A stretch of DNA of 64,000 nucleotides, taken from NCBI GenBank assembly GCA_965240325.2, contig OZ251239.1, positions 124,001 through 188,000 of the forward strand, in the 5' to 3' direction. The notes under the pieces are model-generated. The model worked only from the letters and a program-made list of their open reading frames with translations. It was not told the DNA's origin and made no database searches. Source of the stretch: Rebecca billardiae RCC1528 (lineage: Eukaryota > Protista > Haptophyta). Position 1 is the first letter of the stretch. Every line of letters begins with the position of its first letter. The translations under genes and the position numbers were made by a program. Below are positions 48,368 to 59,216 of this stretch, piece after piece.

Positions 48368-49476
48368 CAAGGGAGTCAAGGGTGCCCGCGCCCCAGTGGC
48401 GCGCTCGGCGGATGTTGGGATACAGATTTTTGCTCGGCGCCCTGCGGCGGCGGCGGCGATGGCGTGCTCCGCTGGCGGGGCGAGCGCACGGGGCACGGCG
48501 CTGCGGGCGCGGATGTGCCCGCGAAGCCGGCGCGTGCGGACGGGCTGTTGCGGGAGAGTATCGGGCGCCCTCCTGCGACGCGCGACTTGCGCCACGCCTC
48601 TTTCGCCTCGGCTCAGAGCAGCGCGCACGCACGCGCCGCCTCAAGGCCAGCCTTGCCGCGCCGCAGCCGACCGCGCGCGCGCCGTGCGCGGCGTGGTCGG
48701 GAAGGAACGGGCGCTGCTGCCGGGCGAGATGGCGACGTCATGGGCGCACGCCATGCCGCCCCGCGGCGCCGCGAAAGAGCACGAGAACGGATCCGCACAG
48801 CTGTTGACGAGTGCTGATTTCTTGCCGTGCCTGAAGCCAGACCTGAGCTCGAAGAAGATGATGAAAGAGCATCAGCGCGAGGAAAGCGTCGCACCCAGCA
48901 CTTCTACATGACCACGCGGTGATGAACATTCATGTAAGAGTAGCCCGCGTGCCCGTCTGGCACTGTTCTGTGTCTCAATGATCGTCCCGACAACGGTCAC
49001 GACCGCGAGGCAGTGCACACCATTTGTGACAAGTCGAAAAGGCGTGCAAACGGACCGACGACACTCTCGTCAAGGCGTGGCGGGGCGGCATGGCGTGCGC
49101 CTATGACGTCGCCATCTCGCCCGGCAGCAGCGCCCGTTCCTTCCCGACCACGCCGCGCACGGCGCGCGCGCGGTCGGCTGCGGCGCGGCAAGGCTGGCCT
49201 TGAGGCGGCGCGTGCGTGCGCGCTGCTCTGAGCCGAGGCGAAAGAGGCGTGGCGCAAGTCGCGCGGCGCAGGAGGGCGCCAGATGCTCTCCCGCAACAGC
49301 CCGTCCGCACGCGCCGGCTTCGCGGGCACATCCGCGCCCGCAGCGCCGTGCCCCGTGCGCTCGCCCCGCCAGCGGAGCACGCCATCGCCGCCGCCGCCGC
49401 AGGGCCGCGGGCAAAAAGGTGTATCCCAACATCCGCCGAGCGCGCCACTGGGGCGCGGGCACCCTTGACTCCCTTG
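48368..49476. mobile_element. Foldback P/Galileo-like element, copy 2 (1109 bp, inverted relative to copy 1)
   Basis: Same length, termini and spacer as 22004-23112 in reverse orientation. 7-bp TSD cccttgg (48361-48367 / 49477-49483). Confidence 0.93.
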
Positions 49477-49568
49477 CCCTTGGGCAGGTTGAGGCAAGGC
49501 CACCCGGACCGGACTCTCCACCCCGCCCGCCCGCGCGGGGAGCCCAGGACCGCCACGCGATCGCAGCG

Positions 49569-50477
49569 ATGGCGGGGCCGATCCTACTCGGCACGAGGAA
49601 ACGTCACACGGCCTTGGCGCTCGCGCTCGCGTACGCGCTCGTGCGCCTGCTCACACGCCGGCAGGAGCGCGCGCCACTCCCCGTGCGCTGGCGCTGGCTC
49701 ATCCTCCCGTGGCTCATCGCGCTGGACCACCTCTGGTGGGAGGTCGTGTGCGGCGTGCGGAGACGAGTGATCCTGACCGCACCCGAGGAGGAGTATCGCG
49801 CACACCCGCGGCTGATGTTGGCGCTTTTCCCGCACCACATGGTCTGGCCCGCGGCCTCGTATATCCCACGCCTCATGCTCATGCGCGCCGGCAAGGCGAT
49901 CCACCTCGACCGCGCGATGGCCGCCGCGCACTCGGCGCTGTTTGCCATCCCGCTCGTGCGCGAGCTGTGCATCGCGCTCAACTTCCGCAACGCGTCTCGG
50001 CACGTCGGCGAGCTGGGCGACTGCTCGATGGCGGTCTTCCCCGGCGGTGGGCTCGAGATGCAGCGCCAGCGCCCCGGGCGCGACGTGGTCGTCCTGCGCC
50101 GCGGCTTTGTCTCCCTCGCGATCGAGCGTGGCATGCCGATCGTGCCGGTGCTGCTGTGCAACGAGACGTCGGCGTACCGGCCGCTGCCGCAGCTCGCGTG
50201 GCTCCGCGAGCTGGTGTACTCGCTCACGAAGGCGGGCGTGCCCCTGTGGACCGGGCGCGCCGGCGTGCCGCTCTGCCCGCTGCCCAACGCGGGCCTCTAC
50301 TTTGCTGTGGTGGGCAGGCCGATCGCGCTGGGCGCCGCGCGCAAGCCTACGGACGAGGACGTGGAGCACGCGCTCGGCCAGCTGCAGGCGGCGCTTCGTG
50401 CGCTGCACGCGCGCTTCAAGGGCCCCGCCGGCCGGCCAGTGGACCACCGCCTCGTCTTTGACCGATCGCGCCTATAG
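49569..50477 (+). CDS. DGAT2: Diacylglycerol/monoacylglycerol acyltransferase, DGAT2 family
   Basis: N-terminal hydrophobic segments. FPHH (HPHG variant), SALFAIPLVREL, VFPGGGLE, RRGFVSLAIERGMPIVPV, VVGRPI. Confidence 0.85.
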   Translation: MAGPILLGTRKRHTALALALAYALVRLLTRRQERAPLPVRWRWLILPWLIALDHLWWEVVCGVRRRVILTAPEEEYRAHPRLMLALFPHHMVWPAASYIPRLMLMRAGKAIHLDRAMAAAHSALFAIPLVRELCIALNFRNASRHVGELGDCSMAVFPGGGLEMQRQRPGRDVVVLRRGFVSLAIERGMPIVPVLLCNETSAYRPLPQLAWLRELVYSLTKAGVPLWTGRAGVPLCPLPNAGLYFAVVGRPIALGAARKPTDEDVEHALGQLQAALRALHARFKGPAGRPVDHRLVFDRSRL

Positions 50478-50567
50478 CTTTGGCGGCGCCGCTGAGGCGC
50501 GCTAAGTCAGACGACTTATTACGAATAAGTCGTAGTAATAGTATTCCGCCCTGAATATGACAAGTAT

Positions 50568-52810
50568 GGCCCGCGGTGCAGGGCGGAGCGCGCAGCGTGG
50601 AGCCCGCTCCGCGGGCACTAACTACCACGTTTATGATATTCAAAAAGATCGATGACGATATCGACGCGAGGTCTTTATATTGATCGGACAGGTTGCACGG
50701 GAAAGTGACCTTGGTGTTACATTTCGGCCCTTCGGAGCATGATGGCTGCCCGCCCACGGCGCCCTCCCGGGTGCGGCCGTTGCTGCCGCGCCATGTACGA
50801 CTCAATGAGTCTTGCGCACGGTTTAGGCCGTGACTACTGACGCACATGTAGCAGACTGAGCCCTCCTCCCAAGCTCGCCAAGGGCCCGACCGCGTCATTT
50901 GAAGAGCAGCCGCCACGAGCGTCATCCACTCGACTCGCGGTCGGCACGATACGTGCGAGAGGTTGCGACGGCGCGCAACTCCTCGTCATCGTCAGGAGTC
51001 AGCCAGCGAGCACCCTGCGGCCGCACCTCGGCGACCCAGCACACGCAAGGCAGATTCGACCTTGGGCGAGCCCTGGCGACCTCCGCCTCGAGCTGGATGC
51101 CACGCGTAGCAGCCTTAGGAGTCGACGTCGTGGAAAGGCACACGCACGCATAGAGCATCAGACAGTGCGCCGCATCTGCCTGCCGGAGTGTATCATCACC
51201 GCGCCCGCGCGACCGGGTTGAAGAAGAAGTCGTCAACGACGAGCGAGCCGGCGTCCAGCGGAACGGGAGGTGCAGCCGGCGCCGCGCTGTGCGAACAGGG
51301 TGGAAGCCGACCGCTGCCGCGCGCGACGTGAGCGAGCTGGCGGGTGCACGCCAGTCAGCTGCGGATGATGCGGCGAAGAGGCGCGCTACCACCTACTCCA
51401 CCTCGCGCGACTTAGCCTTGCTGCCGTGATCACACACGCGCGCGATCAATGACATACTCAACGTCGAGCGCCTGAGTGCTGTCTCGAAAGGTGCCTTCCC
51501 CCTCACTCAGGGCGTGCCTGTCAGCGTGGTCGAGCGCCGCGCTCGTTGCCTCGGCCTGCTGAGCGTCAGCGAGGCGCTTGTCAAGGATCGCCTGCTTGCT
51601 GCGTCACGGCGCGCGAGCGCGCCACGCGCTCGACCAAATGCGTGCGCTTCCGATACTTCTTGCCGGCGGCAAAGGCAGACTGCCCAGAGTTCGCCTGCTT
51701 GTCTGAGGACCCCGCGCCAGACGCCTTCACGGCCGGAGCAGCGGCCCGAGCTGCAACAACAGAGGCCGCGCGCGCCGTAGCAAGCTTCGCCCTCGCGCGC
51801 TGGACGCGTTTGGCGAGCATCGTCTTCTGCTTCCTTAGCGCGCTCCGGTTGCCCGCCTTCTTCTACGAAGGCCTCGTGAGGCGAGCTTCACAAGCACTCG
51901 CGTGTGTGGTCCGAGCCACCTGAGCGCGTGCGCACGGTTGCGTGCTCGTGCGTACGGTATGAGGAGTGCAGCAGGAGACCAGCACACGTTCGTGCATGGG
52001 TGCACGCGCATACCACAACCGGCGCATCCTGCTCGTTCGCGACGGCAGCCTCCTTGAAGGCTCTATCTACCACCTGTATCCAGGTCCCAGTTGTGCTTCT
52101 TCTCGATGCGCTTCGGCTTCGCGCCACTGCCGACGCGGGAGTGAGAGGAACTGGGCACCAGACTGCGGTACCGATTGCGGGCGAACGGGGAGGCGGGCCG
52201 TGGCGGCGAAGGTCGGAAACCACCGGCATTCGTGTGCTCCGTGGTTTCCAAGCACTCGCGCCACGCGCCGGCCGCCATGGGACGGGCGCGATGTACCGAA
52301 AGACGGGTGGACAGGTCGCGTCCACTGTGAATGTAACATCTGTCAGTCGCGGGCGGTCATTTCTCCGTGCAACCTGTCATCGAATTGAATAATATATATA
52401 TATATTGATCGTCGCGATCATCAAGCGAAAGAATACGCGGGACGAATAAGGGGGACGATTTTCGCCTCTCGTCATTTTCAGGGCAGCCGGAGGATGAGAT
52501 CCGGAGGACGGATGACCGAGTTTCGTCGAGTCGTTTATTTAATTATTGTCGATCTTTTGAGAATTATTATTTGAGATCGCATCTAGCCTCTAGCCCTAGG
52601 CTTCTGCTAGCAGACCACGAGGACGAGTCTATTAGGTCTCAGAAAAGACCGCGTCCGCGCCAGATTCCGTATGTACGTATCATTATATAACGTAATCGGT
52701 GGCCGACGCAGGGACGAGTGAGCCGCTGGGGCGTGACTTTAACTTATATATAATTCGAAACGTTACACTGTGATGGTTGGCGTTATTACGAGCGATTTTT
52801 CCGGCCAATG
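50568..52810. mobile_element. Decayed second copy of the 24868 element terminus, interrupted by a nested element
   Basis: Colinear blocks shared with 24868-25165: ggcccgcggtgcagggcggagcgcgcagcgtggagc, caaaaagatc, gaccgagtttcg, ttgagatcgcat, ttacgagcg. Confidence 0.7.
50687..52378. mobile_element. Nested 1.7-kb TIR element with 4-bp TSD
   Basis: atcg|gacaggttgcacgggaaagtgacc ... ggtcatttctccgtgcaacctgtc|atcg (14-bp perfect core, ~24-bp imperfect TIR). Interior has only broken ORFs. Confidence 0.8.
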
Positions 52811-55720
52811 GGATTCATCATCAAGCAGGAGCGACGCGACTACGACGTTTGACGACTGATCGATTAATAATCATCAATATAACTAGCGGTAGGGGTGGAA
52901 TTCCCATTTTCTGGCGCACTTCCGCACTGGGGAGGCGGAAAAGCGGCATTTAATACGCGAATAAGAAATAAAATAATAAAGGGAATAAAGCGCACGCAGT
53001 GCGAAGAAATTTTTTCGGGTCGTAGTATCAGCGTATAGTTACTATGCGAAGCACCATCTGCTGCGAGGCGGCCTGCTTGCGCACGCGGCGTCCCGAGCAC
53101 CCTCGGGGCTCAGCTGCGGCTCGGCCTGCGCACGCTCAGCAAGCTCGCGTGCGGCCTGCACCTTGCCCGCCGCCTTGACTCTCGAGCAAGAGGATCGACG
53201 TAAGAGTGAGCGTGTGCCGCCGAGCTGCTGTCCGGCAGCCACCCGCGACTGCAGCCGCTGGCCGCGGTGCCTGGCCTCGGCGCGGCCCCACAGGCTCAGC
53301 GCTGGGAGCTCATCCTCCTCCTGCGCTCCTCCTCCAGGCGTTTGAGCCGCCGCCGCCTTGGCCGCCTCGTTCTCGTCGATCAGCTGAACGGCGGGAGTGA
53401 TGTCTCTGCTCAGCTGAGTGTGACGTGACAAGTGAGGCGACGAGCGACAGCAGCCCGATGACCAAGCCGACGAGCTCATCGTACGAGCCGTCACGCGTGC
53501 GCTCGTGCCGTGTCTGAGCTGGCTCGCGCTCGTACGCCGACCAGGCTTTGCTCGGACTGAACGCGTGTGCTCAGGCGTCCTTGCGTGTGCGCTTGGACGG
53601 CCGCGGGCCGTCATCTGGTCCGACCGCGCGCAGCTCGATCTCGGAAGCGTTGAGCTGCTCCGCGGTTGACTCACCCTCTGCCTCAGGTTCGACCACGGCA
53701 GCAGGCCCCGCAGCAGCCGCCAGGTAGCATCGGCAGGAGCCCCTGCGCCACCCGACGCCGTCCGCACATCGGCCGGCTTGCCGCACACGCGCTGGACCAC
53801 GGCCTCGCCGTGCTTGACGCGGAAGTGGTGCCAGGTCGTCGTGCCAATCGTTTGGCTATCGACAACGGGCACGGGCACCTCGATCACGACAACGCCTGTC
53901 GCGTAGGCTGTGTAGCGATGTCCGTCCACGACTCCGTCGTGGGTGGACGGCGCACGCCATCGCGGCCGTGGGCGCAAGTGTCTCGTGAATTGTTTTTTAA
54001 TTCACTAATTCGCCCAGCCGCTACATCGAACTCGACAACGGTTGCTTTTACACCCGCGGTCTTTTGACTGTGCAAATGGGGCGCCGCCCCATGCTCAAAT
54101 CCGAAGAGAACGAAGATGTAAAAGTGTCTGGTCCCTAGATACTGTGCTGTCCGGGTCCCGGTCCGGTCAGATCTGAGCAGCCGGATTTTCCGCCCGGACA
54201 GGCCAGAAAATGGGATTTTCACCCGTAGTTGATGATTCATCACTACTTACGTACAGCGCAGGATCGCCCGCCAGCCACGACCGTAAGCTAATTCGGCGAA
54301 CCCATTAAAAAAATGCGATAACTGCCGACCCGGCTCCCTCGCCGGCAGTTGGACGCGGCCGGCGGACGGCCGGAGGCGAATTGGTCGAGCGCTTCGCGAT
54401 GTCGTCGAAATCGCCCATCGCGCGACGAACGTCGCCAGCTGGCGTCGGCCTGGGACCGAGCGGCTTGGCTGGGCCGCGATGGTGCGTGCGCTTCAGCTGC
54501 GCAATACAGTTCCCCGCATTTGCGGCGCGGCGCAGGAATCGCTCCGCCGCATCCATCGTCCACCTGCACCCCGTTTGCACGCGCGGCCATGATTTGAACA
54601 TTCGCGCGCGCGAAGGCGCGCACAGCGCCGAGCCCCTTGGAGATGCGGGTCTGGCGAATAAGTGGCGATGGGCGGGATCGGAGTGTAGATGCCCAAAATG
54701 CGCATCACGTATCCTGCATCTGACGCGTTCACCATGCACGCGCGCCCTTTCTGCTGCTCGCCTGCATGTGGCCGCATCTGCCCGCCGCCGCGGATCGCCG
54801 CGCGCGCAGACACTTGGCGTGAAAGAAGGGCGGGGAGAAGGACGTGCGAGGTCTAATGCCGCATACGAAGGGCCCCTCGATGCATTTTCACCGGTACACC
54901 AACCAGATCACACAGCAGAGCGTGCTCGCGCGGCAGAAGCGCACTGTTTGTGGAGCTCGCGCGAGGCGGTCGAGGCGGCATGGCAGGCGATGTGTGGGTC
55001 TGGTAGCGCTCTGGCGACGGCGATGAACGCGTTGCACGTCGCGCTCCTCGTTATCTGCATGTCCGCGTGCAGCGCCGCCCTCTTCGTCGCGCAGGTGCGC
55101 AAGATTCATGAGCGGCTGCGGCGTGACTCGGCGACGTGACCGGTCAGGGGCAAGCTGCTTACTGCTGTCGCCTGCAGTACCGTTCCTGAGAACCCAGCCT
55201 TCCTCGGCCTCGACGCACGCGGCGAGCGCGCAGCCCTAGGCGGCGTGCCGAACAGACTTGGCCTGCTCGTTCAGCGCGGTCATCTCGCTCAAGTTCATGC
55301 ACAACGGCGAGGTCGTACTTGCGCTCGTCAACCTCACCACGGCCGTGTCCGAGCCCAACGTGCAGCCCGTGACGACCGTTGCCGCTCGGCGGGACGGTCC
55401 GGCATCCCGTGTCACAGCTCAGCCGCTCTGTGCCCGGACCGCGCGGGCCGCGCGGCTCGCCGCCGTTGAAGCTCCGCCGCCGCCGCAGCAGCCAGCGCAG
55501 CAGTCGGCGGCGCGACGGCTGCCGCCGCTGCCGCCGGCGCCGCGGCTCGCTCGCTGCACGAGACAGACAGAAGTCGGCGCGCGCCACCAGTCGTCGCAGC
55601 GGTCCGTACCGGCGCGATCCTCGCGTGAGGCCATCATGAGAGCTGACTACGGGGACTCTCACTCGCCGCCGGGTCACAATGGCCGAGCGGCCGCGGCCGC
55701 GGCAGGGCGGGTCACCGGTG

Positions 55721-55812
55721 GCGCGGGTGCCAGTAGCTACCGCCCGGGTGCCAGTAGCTACTGGCACCCGGGGCCTAGCTAGTATCTATAGTATAGCTAC
55801 TGGCACCCGCGC
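55721..55812. repeat. Nested palindromic micro-element
   Basis: Outer 19-bp inverted repeat gcgcgggtgccagtagcta / tagctactggcacccgcgc enclosing a perfect 30-bp palindrome cccgggtgccagtagctactggcacccggg (55743-55772). Confidence 0.85.
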
Positions 55813-58104
55813 GCCCGGGCCCGGCCGCGGCGTCACGCAGTCAGCACGGCTCACACTACGATGACCGGTTACTCAGCGGACTACCGGGAATCTGTCCGGT
55901 TGGACGTCGAGTTTCATTGCGGACTACGCGGCTGACCGCCCGACGATCGGCCGGCCCCGCGGCGGAGGCGGCAGCGGGCGCGGAGGCTGACCGGAGGCGC
56001 GGAGCGGGTCGGGCGCAGCTGACTCAGCAGCCTCCTCGATGACTCTCACGACGTACGGTCCTACTGGTCGATAACACGACTCTCACTTGGTCAGGCGACT
56101 GCTACTACAGTGAGCCGCGCGGGCCCGGGCTCGGACCGCGCGCACCGCCGGGCGCGGCTGCTGCCACAAGTCACGACTCAGCGCCGGACGATGACCGGGA
56201 CCGGGACTCAGTCCGACAGCTGCGTGGCAGGCCGTGACCGACGTGAACGGTGAATCCGACTCCGAGCTTTGAAGCACTTCATCACTGCTCGTCCGACTGG
56301 ATGGCGCGGCTGCTCGCTGCTCGTGCGCCGCACCGCCGCCACCGCCTCCGCCGCGCTCTCGTGCGCGGAGGCTTGGCGCCGAGTCCTTCGCGCGCGAGCT
56401 CGAGCTTGCACGCGCCTGGGACGCGCGCCCACACCCCGCACGTGTCACCTCGTGCGCAGGAGCCAGGTCCGCTTCGAGCCGCCCAAGCTCCTCCGCGCCT
56501 TCCTCGCGCGCGGCAGCGCGCTCGGCCACGTGCGCGCGCGCCTCACGCCGAGCAGCAGCGGCAAGCGCGAACGCAGCGGTTTGCCGAGCAGGCTTGCTCG
56601 CGGCGGCATCGGCCGAGGCTGCGCGCCACTTGGCCTCGGCCACGCCGAGCAGCACCCTACGTGCAGCCATCGTCTCGGCGGCCGCCGCCGTCCGTTCGGC
56701 TGCTGCAGCGTGCTCCGCGTGCAGCTGCTTCTCGAGTCTCGGCACGGCGCTCAGCTCGCAGCTCTTGCGCACGTTCGCCTCCGACAGTTCGGCAACGTGG
56801 ATCGCGAGCAGGTCGGCGCTGCCGTCCACGGCAGCAATGCTTGCCGCCGAGAGCTGCGTGCCGTGCGGCGGGCGCCGCGGCGCGGGCGGGCGGGTGGCGG
56901 GCGATGAGCGATGGGCCGGGCCAGCGATCGGCGTCTCGTCGACGAGTGCGGGCAGCTGGTGGCGAGCTCCGGCTTGCACGGGCAGCAGGGAGGTGGAAGG
57001 GTGAGGGCAGCGGGCAGTCGGCACGGCCAGGCGGCGGTAGTGACACGACGGCGGTCAACACGGAGGGGTCGAGCCGCGGGCACGTGGTCTCGGCAGCTGC
57101 CGCGCGGGCAGCTGGGTCATGCGGGGCGGCGCTGCAGGTTGCACCCGCCGTGTGAGGCGTCGAGCCGCATCCGCTCTGAGGGCTCGATCTGGGCGGTGGA
57201 CACGAACGCCGTAAGCGGAGTGCTGCAGGCGGGGCCGCGAGAGGCGGGGCCGCAACAACTTCCGCCGTTATCGCCGGGCGGCGACGCCTAGTCGCCGCCC
57301 TCCTCGCGCGCCATCGCAGTGATCTGACCCCACACGCCTGGCATCATCGCCTCGGAGAAGTGCTAGTGCCGCGCAGCTCCAAACTCGAGCGGCGTGCGTG
57401 CTCGGAGCAGCAGCCGGCTGCGGATCAGGCTTCAGTCGAATGCATACGCACCTGTGGCTGCCGTGCATGGCCTCCTCACCGAGGAAGAAGGGTGTTCTGT
57501 GGCCATCCATAAAAAAAGGTGCGCACTGGCGCCCGAGCCGCCCGCGCGGCACGCGACCTCAACTGCACCTGTTCCGATCTCGAGCTGTGGGCAGGGCGGG
57601 GTGTCTTGGATCGATGGGGAGACGCTCGGGGAAATTCGTCGGGGTAGTCTGGGACTGCGCGCGCACGCTCCCCGCCCTTCAGCGCGCCGCGCGTCGCCAT
57701 GCTGAATTTCCGCGAGCGGGCGGGTGCAGGGGGGGGCCCGTAACGACATCTTTTCCGAAATCTTGCGCTGTGTATATATATATAATATATACTCACTTCA
57801 ATCGATTCATATCATCACTACTCACTCACTTCAATCGCACGGGCGCGATGGGACTGTGTCATCATCTGTGATCTGGCTGACTGGCTGGCCCGCGGCCGCT
57901 GGCAGCAGCACCGGCACGCCTCTGACTGAGTCTGCGTCAGTGACTACTCTGCGCGCCGGCGGTCGACCGTCACTCACTATATAGTCACTTTCCGCGCGAT
58001 ATTTACACGGTTATTAGATGGCATCGGCAGCAGTGATGATGAAGCCCATCAGGAAGGCTACTATACTGCGCTAGCTGCTAGTATATTACTACGACAATTA
58101 CGTG

Positions 58105-59142
58105 TCAGCTGGCGGTCAGCACTGTTGCTGTGAGTCGCGTGATGGGCGAGTGCGGCGTGCTCGTGATCGCACGCGACGTGGGCTCGCGGAAGAAGCGCAC
58201 CAGCTCGTGCACGTGCGGCCGGTAGAAGGCATCAAGAGCCGACCGCTCTGCCGCACCGAGCGTCGACTTGACGCGCCCCCTCGTATTCAGGTGCGCGGCC
58301 TGCAGCAGCAGGCGCCGTATCCTCGAGCCGCTGCCTGCGCCGAGTGCATCGGCCGCGCCGATCGTGGCGAGCTCTCTCGCATGGTGAGTAACGCCGCGCG
58401 TGCCCGGCTTTGCGTGCATTGGGTGGCCGATGAAATGCGCGAGGTCGGCGAGCACCCGGTCGGTCTGGCGCAAATACCCGCTCAGCGTGACCACCGCCAG
58501 CTGTCTCGCCGAGAAGGCGCGCAGCCACGCGGCGAGCTGGGGCGCGTACATGCCGCCCACGAGCGCGTCGCCAAACGAGTGCCCGAGGTTGTTGCACTTC
58601 GAGCCCCACAGCTCGCCCGAGCTGACGGAGAGATTGTGCTGCGCGGCGCACGAGCGCATGCGACGGAGAGATTCGCGCACCCACACGTTCAAGCCGAGCT
58701 TGGCGTGCGCGAACTCCTTGCCGATGTGGTCGTACCACGAGCGCACGCGCTCCGTTGGCGAGCGCAGCAGCGCGATGATGCGCACCTGCTTGGCTGCGTG
58801 CGCCTGCACGTAGCTCGCGCGCGCGCGCGTCGCCGCCAGCTTGTGCTTCATGTAGTTCGGCGTCGCATCCATCGCGAACAGCACCGGCGTCGAGCCTACC
58901 GCCGGGCACGGCGGGTAGTGGGCCACGTAGTGTGCGAGGCCGTTGGAGTGGTGCTGATCGAAAAAGTGCTTCTCCTTGTGGTACATGGCGGGCTCGCCGT
59001 CGAGTGTGCGCGAGCCTGTCGCGCCGATCATCGTCTTGCGCATGTCCGAGAAGAGCGAGGTCGTGCCCGCCTTCTGGGCGCCGATCAGGAGCACTGTGGG
59101 CAGGATGTGCCCAAGCGCGCAGACCGTGTCGTGCGCCACCAT
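58105..59142 (-). CDS. PAPS-dependent sulfotransferase (HS3ST/NDST-like)
   Basis: 5'-PSB LPTVLLIGAQKAGTTSL, KEKHFFD, DATPNY, 3'-PB IIALLRSPTERVRSWY, C-terminal LDAFYRPH. Confidence 0.9.
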   Translation of the reverse strand: MVAHDTVCALGHILPTVLLIGAQKAGTTSLFSDMRKTMIGATGSRTLDGEPAMYHKEKHFFDQHHSNGLAHYVAHYPPCPAVGSTPVLFAMDATPNYMKHKLAATRARASYVQAHAAKQVRIIALLRSPTERVRSWYDHIGKEFAHAKLGLNVWVRESLRRMRSCAAQHNLSVSSGELWGSKCNNLGHSFGDALVGGMYAPQLAAWLRAFSARQLAVVTLSGYLRQTDRVLADLAHFIGHPMHAKPGTRGVTHHARELATIGAADALGAGSGSRIRRLLLQAAHLNTRGRVKSTLGAAERSALDAFYRPHVHELVRFFREPTSRAITSTPHSPITRLTATVLTAS

Positions 59143-59216
59143 GACTTTTACAACGGCCGAACGGTACCCCCATATATGCGGCGGCTGAATTCAGGTCGGT
59201 CTCCATTTGGTCCAAG

